64,000 nucleotides of DNA from the human T2T-CHM13v2.0 reference genome, Homo sapiens: the NCBI RefSeq assembly GCF_009914755.1, contig NC_060937.1. The stretch is one strand, 5' to 3'. Of the stretch, positions 25,211 to 43,023 are shown piece by piece. Under the pieces are notes generated by a model. The model was given only the letters and a program-made list of their open reading frames with translations, made no database searches and had not been told where the DNA came from. Every line of letters starts with the position of its first letter. Positions within the stretch are counted from its first letter, which is position 1. A program made the translations under genes and the position numbers.

Positions 25211-26164
25211 TTATAGTTTAGGTTAGTTTATGGAGAGAGAGAGAGAGCACACTAAGTGTTGGCTGTTAAAAAGTTGTAGTTTGCCCAGGGAGCGGAAGGG
25301 GTGTCAGCAGCCAGGATAAGCCAATTTAAAGTGGCAATTTAATGACATCACTATTGATTTCAGACTCCTGCAGTGTTCCCCAAACCTTGTACTATACTCA
25401 GATTAAAGTCTAGGCTGCTATTAAATAAATGAAGAACAAAATAATGGGGGGGGGGGAATTGAAGCTTTCTTCTAATGCTAACCTCCTGCTATAACCTGGC
25501 AGGACAGCTACTTTCCAATATTTTTAGAAGTTATTTATATACAAGGGAAGGGTGTTTTAAAGAATTCTAGGAAAGAAAAGGGAAGTCTAATGTTACAAGA
25601 CACTGCAGGGAAATGTCACTGTATAATAACTCCCATCTGGGTTGGGTGGCAGGGTTTGGGCTTACATGATGTTATGTAATAACACACACCCTCCTTCTGT
25701 GCCTTGCTGCCTCGCTATTACACTACACATGGTGCATGTGCAGGGCAGAACGCACCGGGGCCTATGGTGACAGTGCAGGATGCACCAAGAAATAGGAATG
25801 CAGACATATTCTCAAGACAAAAAGACAGGCTGGGTGCAGTGGCTCATGCCTGTAATCCTAGCACTTTGAGAGGCTGAGGCGGGCCTCAGAGTAGCTGAGA
25901 CTACCACCACACTTGGCTAAGTTTTGTATTTTTAGTAGAGATGGCGTTTCACCATATTGGACAGGCTGGTCTTGAACTCTTGGCCTCAAGTGATCCGCTC
26001 ATCTCGGCCTCCCAAAGTGTTGGGATTACAGGCCTGAGCCACCATGCCCAGCCAGTATTCTGATTTTCTTTAACCCCCGGAAGCTTCCATGTATTCGTTT
26101 CTCACAAAGCTTCTCAACATAACCTGTAGACTTTCAACACATACCCACATGCTAACAAGGTGGG

Positions 26165-27000
<836 letters not shown>

Positions 27001-27329
27001 TGATCCACCTGCCTCAGCCTCCCAAAGTGCTGGGATTACAGGCGTGAGCCACCGCGCCCAGCCTACTGGTCACTTCTCATTTAATTCATGAAACAGAAGC
27101 AGAGAGGTATTGGCACAGGCTGCAGTCAAGCATTAGCCTCCTGACGCCCTGGACATAAACTGGCTTCCTTGGTAAGCCTGATGTCTGTGTGATGCCCAGA
27201 TTATGCTGAATTTCCCCCTCAAGGAGTAGGTCTAGAAGACCCAACATCTGGCTGACAGTAAATCCAGAAAGTAAGAGCTGAGAAAATGAAAATACCAGAA
27301 ACAAATTTTTTTTCAAAAAAGTTTCCAAG

Positions 27330-27700
27330 AAATGAAAAATGTGTTTTCAAGTTGAAATGCCTGACCAAGTATCCATCACAAGAAATTTAAAAAGACACCT
27401 ACTAAGGCACAATATGATGAAATTTCAGGACCAGAAACAGAGATCTTAAAAGCTTCCAGAGACGAGAGAAAAAAAAAGCAAGTCACAAGCAAAGAATTGA
27501 CGATTACAATAGCATCAGACTTCTCAACAGCAACACTGGAAGCTGGAAGACAATGAAGCAGGGCCCTCAAAACTCTGTCTGATAAGTTTTCCTAATCTTG
27601 AATTCCATATTTAGTCAAATAATCAAGTGTAAGGAGAAAATAAGGATATTTTATACAAGCAATGTCTCAAAAAACAAAACAAAAAAGTAGCTTCTCAATA
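27330..27700 (+). mobile_element. Old L1/HAL1 ORF1 remnant
   Basis: TCAGACTTCTCAACAGCAACACTGGAAGCTGGAAGACAATG encodes an SDFSTATLEA.RQ-like L1 ORF1 motif. Confidence 0.6.
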
Positions 27701-27754
27701 AACTGTTAGAGAGCTGTTTCACCAAGATGGAAAAAGGGGATATGGCATTCAGGT

Positions 27755-28174
27755 GAGTGAGAAATTGGTTCATATAACTATGGGTGCTAGGAAGTCTCAT
27801 GATCTGGCATCTGCAAGCTAGAGACCCAGAAAAGCTGGTGGTGTAATTCAGTCCAAGCTCAACGGCCTGGGAACCAGGGTAGCTGGTGGTATAAATCCCA
27901 TTCCAAGGGCAGGAAAAGACGAATGTCCCAGCTCAAGCAGGTGGGCAGGCAGCAATAGGAGTGAACTCCTCCTTCCTCTGTCTTTTTGTTCTGTTCAGGC
28001 CCTCAATGGATTAGATGATGCCCACTCACACTGGCCATCTACTCCACTGAGTCCACCGCCAGAAATGCTCATCACATCTGGAAACACCCTCACAGACACA
28101 ACCAGAAACAATAGTTAATCTGGGCACCCCCTGGTGCCCAGATTTTCTGATGACACAGAAAATCAACCACCACA
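27755..28174 (-). mobile_element. MLT2C/D-like LTR
   Basis: GGAAACACCCTCACAGACACA...AATCAACCACCACA, the reverse complement of an MLT2 5' end. Confidence 0.7.
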
Positions 28175-28179
28175 AGTAC

Positions 28180-29900
<1,721 letters not shown>

Positions 29901-29939
29901 ATCAGAACCATTCCTGTCTTCTGAAACAGTTACCTACTA

Positions 29940-30683
<744 letters not shown>

Positions 30684-32574
30684 TAATCTCCTAACCTCGT
30701 GATCCACCCGCCTCGGCCTCCCAAAGTGCGGGGATTACAGGCATGAGCCACCGCGCCGGCCAGTCTGAAACATTTTCAACCTGGCTATATTGAAGTTTGA
30801 TGAACCATCTTTTCTCTCTTAAAAGAAATGTAGCCAGGCAGGTGGGGGGCTCACACCTGTCATCCTGGCACCTTGGGAGGCCGAGGTGAGTGGATCAAGA
30901 CCAGCCTGGGCAACATGGCAAAACCCCATCTCTACAAAAAAATCCAAAAAAAAAAAAAAATTAGCTGGGCCTGGTGGTGCACACTTGTAGTCCCAGTTAC
31001 TTAGGGGGCTGAGGTGGGAGGATCACTTGAGTCCAGGAGGTCGAGGCTGCAGTGTGCCAAGATCGCACCACTGCACACCAGCCTGGGTAACAAAGTAAGA
31101 CTCTGTCTAAAAAAAAAAAAAAAAAGTAAAAATAAATGTAGGCTGGGCACAGTGGCTCATGCCTATATTCCCAGCACTTTGGGAGACAAAGGCAGGAGGA
31201 TCACTTGAGCCCTCAAGTTCGAGACTGGCCTGGGCAACATAGCAGACCTCATCTCTACTAAAAATAAAAAAACTAAGCAAGGCGTGGTGCAGCGCACCTC
31301 TAATACCAGCTGCTTGGGAGGCCGAGCGGGGAGGATCACTGGAGCCCAGGAGTTTCAGGCTGCAGTAAGCTGTAATTGTGCTACTGCCCTCCAGCCTGGG
31401 TAACAGAGCAAGGCTCTGTCTCAAAAAGAAGAAAAATAAAGAATCGGCCTGTGATTGGTCTAATAAGACAGGTAAAGTTGGTCTGATATTTGGCTTTAGT
31501 TAGAGCCAGAATCTCAAGGGGAGGGAGACAGGATTCAAGAATACTAGGATGGAGTGAATGTGAGAAAACAGAATGAGGGCCCAAGCCTGTAGAGAAGGAA
31601 AATACACTGCAACCCTATCATGCGGCCTCCAGACCACAAGGTTAAAGATTCCACCTGCCATCTTGTACTTTTATGCTGCCCACTGCTGCCACCAAGGGAT
31701 ACGTGAAAGACATTCCAGCGTGATCTTCGTCTTTGCCACATAACAATTCTATACAACTGTGTTCACAAGTAAGTCATATCAGTGCCTCATAGCCCTGGTG
31801 GTAGTTAGGAAATCCTTCCTTTTTTTCTATCCTAAATCTCTATTTCTGTAGCACTCTAAGCCTGGATCTTCTTAGCTTCTCTCAGGAGGGAGAGGACAAC
31901 ACCCTTGGGTGTCTTCAGCATTCTCCAACTGCATAGGTGTTTGTTCTCCATAATGGCCTTGGGCACATTTTTCCTTCCTCCTCGCAGATGGGTCACCTAT
32001 TGAAAATGCTGCGGTGCTGTCATGTGGCATCCCCAGGGTGAGGCCAGAGCGACAGGATGTCATCCGCCTCTCACCCACCTCATGAGCATTTCCTCCAGAA
32101 ACAGGCCAAGAGGAAAGGCCCGAACTTTCAAGACTAGGATCAACCCTGCAATGTTTGTTTGGGGGGAAAAAAAAAAAAGAATATAGGCACACAAAGTTTC
32201 ACGTGGTACAGGGAAGGTATGAGTTGCCCATTTTAAAGTGACATCAAACTGCTTGTCAACCCTGAAGAAGAATCTAGGGATAGATTAAAAAAGTTTTTTT
32301 TTTTTTTTTGAGACCTCTTCTCACTCTGTTGCCCAGACTGGAGTACAGTGGTGCAATCTGGGCTCACTGTAACCTCTGCCCCCTGGATTCAAGCAATTCT
32401 CTCACCGCAGTCCCCCAAGTGGCTGGGATTACAGGCACCTTCCACCACACCCAGCTAATTTTTGTATTTTTAGTAGAGACAAGAGTTTTACCATGTTGGT
32501 CAGGCTGGTCTCAAAGTCCTGACCTTGTGATCCGCCCACCTTGGCCTCCCAAAGTGTTGGGATTACAGGCGTGA

Positions 32575-32811
<237 letters not shown>

Positions 32812-32946
32812 TAGCCAGGATAGTCTCAATCTCCTGATCTTGTGATCCGCCTGCCTCGGCCTCCCAAAGTGCTGGGATTACAGGCGTGAGCCACTGCGCC
32901 TGACCCCTAAAACATATTCATGATGCAGTTTCCCAAGGCTACACAA

Positions 32947-33018
32947 AAGTCAGAGAATGTGAACAGGCATCCTGTATTTTGCAAGTCAGAGAATGTGAAC
33001 AGGCATCCTGTATTTTGC
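32947..33018 (+). repeat. Perfect 36-bp tandem duplication
   Basis: AAGTCAGAGAATGTGAACAGGCATCCTGTATTTTGC twice. Confidence 0.95.
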
Positions 33019-33099
33019 ACTGATTCAGAGTAGAGACCAGTATTGTAAGAATTTCTCATGGTAAAGGCACTCCTATGATAGCCTCTACTTACCAAATCA

Positions 33100-33240
33100 G
33101 CCGATGAGGTAAGTATGAGTTTCTGTTTTCTAGATGGAGATACTGAGGCTTAGAGAGGTTAAGATGCTGGAGTTCTCACAGCAAGTGGTTGGGCTTTTAT
33201 TAGAACCCAGATTTCAAAATACCACCACTGCATAGTACTA
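33100..33240 (-). mobile_element. MIR
   Basis: CTAGATGGAGATACTGAGGCTTAGAGAGGTTAAG core. Confidence 0.6.
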
Positions 33241-34276
33241 ATTCCACATGCCTTCTTCCAAAATGGAAAGAATGCCTTTTTTTCTTGTAAGTCTGCCAAA
33301 TTGATGCAGACGCTTATCTTTTATTTGTTTTAGCCGAGCTAAAATAGAATGAAAAAAAAAAAAAAGAAAAGAAAAAGGAATTAGGAAGGAACATGTCTAA
33401 AGTACACATCGGATGCTGAGACATCTGGTATGCAAAGTGAGAAAAAGGTATCACAGTGTAAGTTCCTGCGTGTGAGTCCAAAATCCAACTGCACCAGTGT
33501 GTGGATGGGGCAGACCTGGTTTCAGCAGCAAGCATGAAGACAAGTTTTAGCTGGCAGAAATTCAAGACAAGTCTCCTGTCTGATATTACCCAAAAGAAGC
33601 AAATGTCAGTTTAGGCTGCATTAAAATATTATTGCGTTGGCTGGGCGCAGTGGCTCACACCTGTAATCCCAGCACTTTGGGAGGCTGAGGGCAAGGAACA
33701 TGAGGTCAGGATATCAAGACCATCCTGGCTAACATGGTAAAACCCCGTCTCCACTAAAAATACAAAAAATTAGCCGGGCGTGGTGGCAGGCGCCTGTAGT
33801 CCCAGCTACTCAGGAGGCTGAGGCAGGAGAATGGCGTGAACCTGGGAGGGGGAGCTTGCAGTGAGCCCAGATCACGCCACTGCACTCCAGCCTGGGCGAC
33901 ACAGCGAGATTCCGTCTCAAAAAAAAAAAAAACAAAACAAAATTATTGCATTAACATACAATGTGGAAAACGAGGCCAAGCCATACCTGGGGAACTGCAG
34001 GGCCTTCACGCACTGTGGTTAAGAGGGACGGAAGTCAAGGGTGCTGAGCACTGGACAGGCGCATTAGATTCCTTTCCACTCTGGCGCTTTATATGTTGCT
34101 TTAGCAAGAGGGCAGTAACCACAAGCCAGCTGCCTGAGCTGTTTTCCTTTATCTCATGAGCTCATTTCCTTCCCATGCTTCCTGCTACAATAGTGGTTCC
34201 TCAATCCCCAGCAGGGAGCTGAAATCCCAGAAGGGTTTTTAAAATGCTGGATATTCTGGCTGGGCACGGTGGCTCA

Positions 34277-34711
<435 letters not shown>

Positions 34712-34779
34712 TCACTTCAGCCTGGGCAACACAGTGAGACCCTGTCTCAAAGAAAGAAAGAAAGAAATTACTCTCATTC

Positions 34780-35520
<741 letters not shown>

Positions 35521-37746
35521 TTACTTAACCAAATTTCAGAAGCTTAGTCACTTTTACTTTTAATAGATACCAGCAGTTGGTGTTACCATCATGCTGATAT
35601 AATGGCAGTCACCAACGGTACTAACACACAGCCTGTGTTCCATCTGACAAAATCCACCACTGTGGATTGAATCCCTTCAAGCTAATACAATGGGAGAGGC
35701 TTAGGAAGGATGGGGTGCTAGGAACATAATGAAGAAAAGGTTACAGTGCATCATGCCCAAGATCTGTGTTTGCTTAGCTTCCAATTTTATCCTTGCCATC
35801 TGTTGATGCACATTCTTCCACCTCACTGAGGTAGTCAAAAGAGGTATTCATTTTCTTTCTAATTTCATGTGCAGTAATTTTCCTCTTTAACTGCCAGTTT
35901 CCACCTCCAGATTGAATACTAGTTTGGATGTTTGACTTACATGATGAATTGGTAGTTCTTAAGGATAACTCCCAAATTAATGTACTCAAGGAAGAGGAAA
36001 TTACATGTATAGCTGTTTTGAATAGATGTCCAGAAAATACCAATTTTATACCAACTGCTTAGGGAACAGTAGAATAATTTGATAACCCTGTGCTCTAGAT
36101 GAGGTCATGTGCAAGCCGCAATTGATAATAAACTAGGGCTTATCTGCTTCCTTTACATGTGGAGAAAATCAGCAATTATACAAGTAGATTTTTTTTTTCT
36201 ATTTTTTATAGAGATGGGCTTTCACCATGTTGTCCAGACTGGTCTCAAACTCCTGAGCTCAAGTGCTCTGACCGCGTCAGCCTCCCAAAGTGCTGGGATT
36301 ATAGGTGTGAGTCACCACATCTGGCCAACAACTAGATTTCTAGTAACTAGGTGTGGTAGCTCATGCCTGTAATCCCAGCACTTTGGGAGGCAAAGGCAGG
36401 AGGATCACTTGAGGCCAGGAGTTTGAGATTAGTTCCAGCAACATAGCAAGACCCTGACTTCCCCCCGCTCCCCCACAAAAAAAAAAAAAAAAACCCAGAA
36501 ACTCAGGACTAAATGGTAGCCAGTAGCTCTACTGTCCTATTATTAAAAACACTGTGTTATAACTCTTGACTAATAATTGTGGCTTGTGTCCCAGAGGGCC
36601 CCTCCAGTGAGTCCCTTGATGTCTCAATTTTCCTTTGTCTGTAGATTGTGACTCACACACAAAACAGCACTGCAGTGTTCTTCCCAGTTTGTGCTCCTTG
36701 CTCTACCTCTGGACTCAGAGAAGAGTGGAATGCATACATAAATGAATGGAGGAGAAAGTAATTGAGGGAAACATCATTGCACAAGTTATTTTGGCAAGAA
36801 TCTTCCCCTAAACTCATATCTGATGTTTCTCTCATTGAATTGTATTGACTCCAGCTAAAGCCACATCCACTCCCAAAGGTTCTCATGGCCCAGCATATGG
36901 AGGAAACTTCAATGCCAACTTCCAGGCTCAATTATATGAAACTATGTGTAACCGCACAAATCTACAGGCTCTCAAAAAATAAACTGGAATGTTCTGGTAG
37001 TTAAAAATATGCCCCTACAGTAGTAAAATCTGTTTTGAACTGCTGACATGCACAGGGGCCTGATTTATCATTGCTGCATTGATTAAGGGATAGACTTGGA
37101 GGATTTAAGTGAGGTAAATAGAAACTATCAGCACTATTATGATTTTTAACTTATCTGCAAGCTCCACATTTAGAGTGTAGCTAATTGAGATGGCTAGCAT
37201 AGCAGCCAACTTTTATTCAATGGAAGGTATGTGGCACCTTTCTCTTTCAAGAGACAAGACCTCCCTCTATTACCAAGGCTGGAGTGCAGTATTGCAGCCA
37301 TTAACTCGCTCCAAGCTCAAACTCCTGGGCTCAAGCGATTCTCCCTCCTCAGCCTCCCAAGTAGTTGGGATTACAGGTATGAGCCACTGCCTAGCTATGG
37401 CACCTTTTACTTTACTTGCTTATGTTAAAAACACTTTAATCAAGGCCTTTTCCTTCGGAATAATGAAATATTAAATGTTTCCAGAAACTTCAAGTTGCAC
37501 TCACAGTTCTTATGGATAGTCTCTAGAAACACATGCTAATTGCCACAAAGCTGGAGCTCTTTAGTAGTGACCTACTAGTTGTAAATTACTGATCACTATA
37601 CTAGTTGTAAATTAGTAAATCCTCCTGGTTTTAGTTCCATTTTACTGAGTATTCTGCTGCCAGCCAGTCATTCCACTCCACCTGTGTGCACACACATATA
37701 ACCTTAAGGATGCTTTGTTATCAGTGTTCTCTCAAGTTGGTTGAGA

Positions 37747-37752
37747 TTTATT
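37747..37752 (-). terminator. Candidate distal poly(A) signal of an extended (~3.9 kb) TPT1 3'UTR
   Basis: AATAAA on minus. Position agrees with my recollection of a long-UTR TPT1 annotation (not verified). Confidence 0.5.
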
Positions 37753-37999
37753 GCTCGTCTTGCAATTTTACCATAATTATCACCAGTTTAGTTTGCAGTT
37801 AAGTTACTGACAATCCCTGCAGTTCAGAATGACAGAATTTACATCAACAAAAATCTAGTCATTTAACTAGATTTTGAAACTCCTAATGATCCAAATGAGT
37901 AATTCACACCTATTACTGAAGCAGATGCACACATAATAAAAAACCATGTACCTGTATTGTATTTCATGCCTGCGACTGTTAGTCTCTTGAGTGCATTTT

Positions 38000-39300
<1,301 letters not shown>

Positions 39301-40560
39301 CCACAGGCTACTAAAGCATGCCTTTGTTAAACTTAGCATCAAAAACAAAATGTTATGAGCTTTCTGATGTTCACATCCTTATTCTTGCCCAAAACGTCTT
39401 GACCCTAGGAATAACGAGAAAAAGATATAAAATGAGACAGTCTTCAAAGTCTGAGAAGATTCTACCTGGAATCTTCAAAGGTTTACCATGAGGTAAACAG
39501 CTGGGGTTCATCACTTCTGACTTAAATAGACATGATAAAATGCTATGTCCCAGCCTTGATTGGATCTGGATGTTGGGAAAACAGCTAAGAGCACTGAAAG
39601 GACAACTGGGGAAATACCTCTTCTGCAGAACTGAAAATCTTCAAAACAAGTTGGAGCAGTGGAGCCCACAAAGTCTCTGAATTGCTACTTGTCTGTTTCA
39701 GGCTTCCAAGGCTAGTTCACCAATTAGCTTCCATCTCTCACCTCAAGGCCTTCTTCACTATCCTGGTTTCCCCAGCTTTGACCACTGCCTGAAAATTCCC
39801 TTCCTGCTATCATTTCAGAGGACAAAAGGCCCTGTAGATGAGACTCACACTTTTCATTACAATGTCAAATCAGAACGCTAAGCCAGGTGCAATGCCTCAC
39901 ACCTGTAATCCCAACACTTTAGAAGGCCAAAGCTTGAGATCACTTGAGGCCAGAGTTTTCAGACCAGCCTGGGCCACATGGCATGACCCCATCCCTACAA
40001 AAAATCTATCAGAATGCTTAAAATTGCTATTAAGTTCCCAATACGTATTTAGGTTTGTTTCCAATCACGGGGTGCTGGGGGTTAACATTAGTATCTGCCT
40101 CAGGTTTTGGACACTATGGACAGTCTGGAATTTGACACTAGGGCAAACTCCAGATTGCTCAAACCACTACATTCACATGTTCAAGCAGACCAGAGTCACT
40201 GGCCTGCTTTTAATCTTTCTTTTACAAGTGTAATCAACCAGGTAAGGCTGATAGACTATTTCCCAAAACTCACGTTTTGAAAATTCCCCTCCCAGGCTAG
40301 GCCTGCACTTTGGGAGGCTGAGGTGGGCAGATCTCCTTGAGCCCAGGAGTTGAGACCACCCTGGGCAACTAAGCGATACTCGGTCTCTACAAAAATTAGC
40401 TGGGCATAGGGGTGCATGCCTGCAGTCCCAGCAACTAGTGAGACTGAGGTGGGAAAATGGCTTGAGCACAGGATGCAGAGAATGCAGTGAGTTGCTTGTG
40501 CCACTGCACTACAAGCCTGGGTGACCGACCTGCCTCAAAAACTCTTCCCGCTTTTTTTCC

Positions 40561-40694
40561 TCCTGTATTCCTCTATTCAATCTCAGCTGCCACAATTAGA
40601 CAGACGGAAAGCGCAAGGACATGTTCTTCTTGCATCTGTGGTGGAAACCATAGCAGCAGATAGCAACTGCTCCAGGTCTGTCAAATAGATGCAT
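40561..40694 (-). ncRNA. SNORA31B: SNORA31 paralogue (SNORA31B)
   Basis: Colinear with 41727-41856 over its full length; H box AGAAGA, ACA+3 nt and both hairpins retained. Confidence 0.88.
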
Positions 40695-40797
40695 TTTCTT
40701 ATTCAGACACCCCATCTTTTCAGATACAATATAGAGAACATTTTTACCCCTTTGCCCACCAGCCAGCCCACATTCTGTGTACCTTCATCTTTTAAAT

Positions 40798-41034
40798 CAG
40801 GGGCTGGCAAACTTGCAGGCTCTAGTCTGTTAGACACAACTCTGCTCATGCACTGACAACAGCCACAGTCAATCCATAAATGAATAAGCATAGCCACGTT
40901 CCAATAAAACTGGACTCGAACTTAAATTCCATATCCCACAAGGTATTCTTTTCCCCTCAACCATTTAAAAAGGCAACCAACCACCTTAAAGTGTACAAAA
41001 CAGGTGGTCAGATAGGCTAGTTTGCCAGTCCCTG
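40798..41034. mobile_element. MER58-like hAT-Charlie DNA transposon
   Basis: TIRs CAGGGGCTGGCAAAC / GTTTGCCAGTCCCTG; internal GTTCCAATAAAACT. Confidence 0.75.
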
Positions 41035-41136
41035 TTCTAGTTACCAGGGAGTTTAATTAACATTCATCCCAAAAGACTTCGCTCTCTTTATGTGAAATAA
41101 GCTGAGACAAAGTTGCTTCCACTGAATGAGTCTCTT

Positions 41137-41142
41137 TTTATT
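41137..41142 (-). terminator. TPT1 second poly(A) signal
   Basis: AATAAA predicts a ~1.15-kb mRNA, consistent with the known longer TPT1 mRNA. Confidence 0.75.
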
Positions 41143-41244
41143 CTCTTGGTAATCTCTTCCAGTTAACTACTTCCGTTGTAGGTGATGAAATGGGTAAGGC
41201 TCCACACTTCAGATGTTGGCACTGCTATGAGCATGGTCTTTCCC

Positions 41245-41250
41245 TTTATT
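41245..41250 (-). terminator. Additional AATAAA in the TPT1 3'UTR
   Basis: TTTATT on the plus strand. Confidence 0.5.
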
Positions 41251-41438
41251 GCAACTCAAAATCAGAACCTTTGATTCTTTTTTATATTCCAGTCCCAGAA
41301 GTAGTCTCCACTGTAGAAGTTAATTGATGAGTAGTAGCCTACAATCAGGCTCTAGCTTCTCCAGGAACACTACAGGATCAATTTAGTTTAAATATGCATT
41401 AAACTAAAAGGCATTCTCTCAAATGAGTTTAAATGCAT

Positions 41439-41444
41439 TTTATT
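41439..41444 (-). terminator. TPT1 proximal poly(A) signal
   Basis: AATAAA about 190 nt after the stop. Predicts a ~0.85-kb mRNA, consistent with the known short TPT1 mRNA. Confidence 0.85.
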
Positions 41445-41632
41445 TTTAGACAACCTACATGACATGTTTTTCTTAAAAACAATGCCTCCACTCCAAATAA
41501 ATCACAGTCAAAATAAATGAAGAGCTCAAGATGACATCAGTCCCATTTGTCTTAAGTCCTGGTGTTGTGTGGATGACAAGCAGAAGCCAGTTATGATGAC
41601 AGGTGATAGATCCAAAATAATTGCCACATTTG

Positions 41633-41635
41633 TTA
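41633..41635 (-). CDS. TPT1: TPT1 exon 6 coding part: only the TAA stop codon
   Basis: TTTTGCTTTTACAG|TAACAAATG. Exon lengths sum to 519 nt = 172 codons plus stop. Confidence 0.95.
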   Translation of the reverse strand, partial: 

Positions 41636-41726
41636 CTGTAAAAGCAAAAACTACATTAATATTTTTCAAACATTACACTGCAAAAGTTACATTACCATTA
41701 ACATGCAGCCTACATTTCCAGGCTAA

Positions 41727-41856
41727 AGATGTATTCCCCAATTCAATCTGGGCCGCCACAAAGACAGACAGAAAGCGCAGGGATTTCTTTCTTTTGCATC
41801 CTAGTGCAAACCAAAAGAACAACAGTAAATTGTTCAAGGTCTATCAGTGGATGCAG
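41727..41856 (-). ncRNA. SNORA31: H/ACA snoRNA SNORA31 (ACA31), 130 nt, in TPT1 intron 5
   Basis: Two hairpins (TGCATCC/GGATGCA; TCCC/GGGA), an A-rich hinge with an ANANNA H box, and ACA 3 nt from the 3' end. Pockets CTGATA/TGCAC and GCGCTT/ATTGAAT are complementary to the 18S and 28S segments as I recall them. Confidence 0.95.
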
Positions 41857-42377
41857 AACACCCTTACCAAATCAGCGGTAGCTCATTTTTCAGAAGGCTG
41901 TGGCATGTACCACCCACACCCTGCTCTACCAACAAAAACCTCAGATACTGTCTGAATAACCCCTTTGGTAAGTCATCTTATACTGTTCTAAGTAATTTCT
42001 GTCTACTGTTGACTCTAATCTTGTTCAGTATAGCTTTATGTTTTTCTTCTTCCTTATACAGAAGCCTATGAAAACTAGGATAATGAATGCCTTTGTTTCT
42101 GTACAGCTTCCAGCAGTTCCTTCCATAGAAGACACCAAGTTATTTATTATTAGTAAAACAATTTGCATACCAGTTCAGCAGTCAGCTCTATTTACTAAGC
42201 TAGTACTGCACTAGGCTTTTCAATGATCAGCTGCCCATTATCAGTAAACCAAAGTGAAAACCACTGATACTGATCCATACGTATACAGCAAAATATGATT
42301 ATGAAGTGAAAGTGAGGCCATATCTAGAGGAAGATCAATGGTGTTCTCTGATCTCCTTCAGCATTTAAACTCTACTG

Positions 42378-42665
42378 TATTTTTTTGAGACAGCACCTCA
42401 CTCTGTCACCCAGGATAGAGTGCAGTGGTGGGATCTCTGCTCACTGCAACCCCCCTCCCAGGTTTAAGTGATTTTCCTGCCTCAGGCTCTCGATTAGCTG
42501 GGATTACAGGTGCCCGCTGCCATGCCTGGCTAATTTTTGTATTTTTAGCAGAGATAGGGTTTCGCCATGTTGGCCAGGCTGGTCTCGAACTCCCAACCTC
42601 AGGTGATGCACCCACCTCGGCGTCCCAAGTGCTGAAATTACAGGTGTGAGCCACCACACCCAGCC
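42378..42665 (-). mobile_element. AluS in TPT1 intron 5
   Basis: Full-length Alu, sense to the TPT1 transcript. Confidence 0.9.
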
Positions 42666-42906
42666 TAAACTGTACTTTATTATGCCCCATCTGCACTCAA
42701 CGTTTTCCACAAATAAGATTCTAAGCCTTTTTATACCCTAAGAATTTTTTACATATGAAACACAATTCTCTTGATCCCCAAAGAGAAAACTAAAACCATG
42801 TTTCAGAACGCTGTAAAACTCATTCTCAGTGTCACAAAACAATTGCAAATCACATCTAAAATGTCTTTTTTACATTATTTATTTTAACCCACTTCCTTGT
42901 ACTTAC

Positions 42907-43023
42907 ACATTTTTCCATTTCTAAACCATCCTTAAAGAAAATCATATATGGGGTCACACCATCCTCACGGTAGTCCAATAGAGCAACCATGCCATCTGGA
43001 TTCATGTTTTCACCAATAAAGAA
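42907..43023 (-). CDS. TPT1: TPT1 coding exon 5 ([39 protein letters not shown]), 117 nt
   Basis: AAG|TTCTTTATTGG...AAATGT|GTAAGT. Translated by hand; matches the TCTP C-terminus. Confidence 0.98.

Noticed and set aside
32947-33018. 36-bp repeat of CRISPR-like length
   Set aside because: Two adjacent copies with no spacer, in human DNA; a simple duplication.
35560-36960. Non-Alu sequence with 89-92 aa minus-strand ORFs, possibly an ancient retroelement or pseudogene
   Set aside because: I could not match any motif by eye; needs tBLASTn/Dfam.
40545-40560. A7 run just downstream of SNORA31B as a retroposition tail
   Set aside because: Short, not flush with the 3' end, and no TSD; position and orientation favour local duplication.
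41569-41955. 128-aa plus-strand ORF antisense to SNORA31/exon 6
   Set aside because: Non-ATG start, no recognisable homology, no exon structure.
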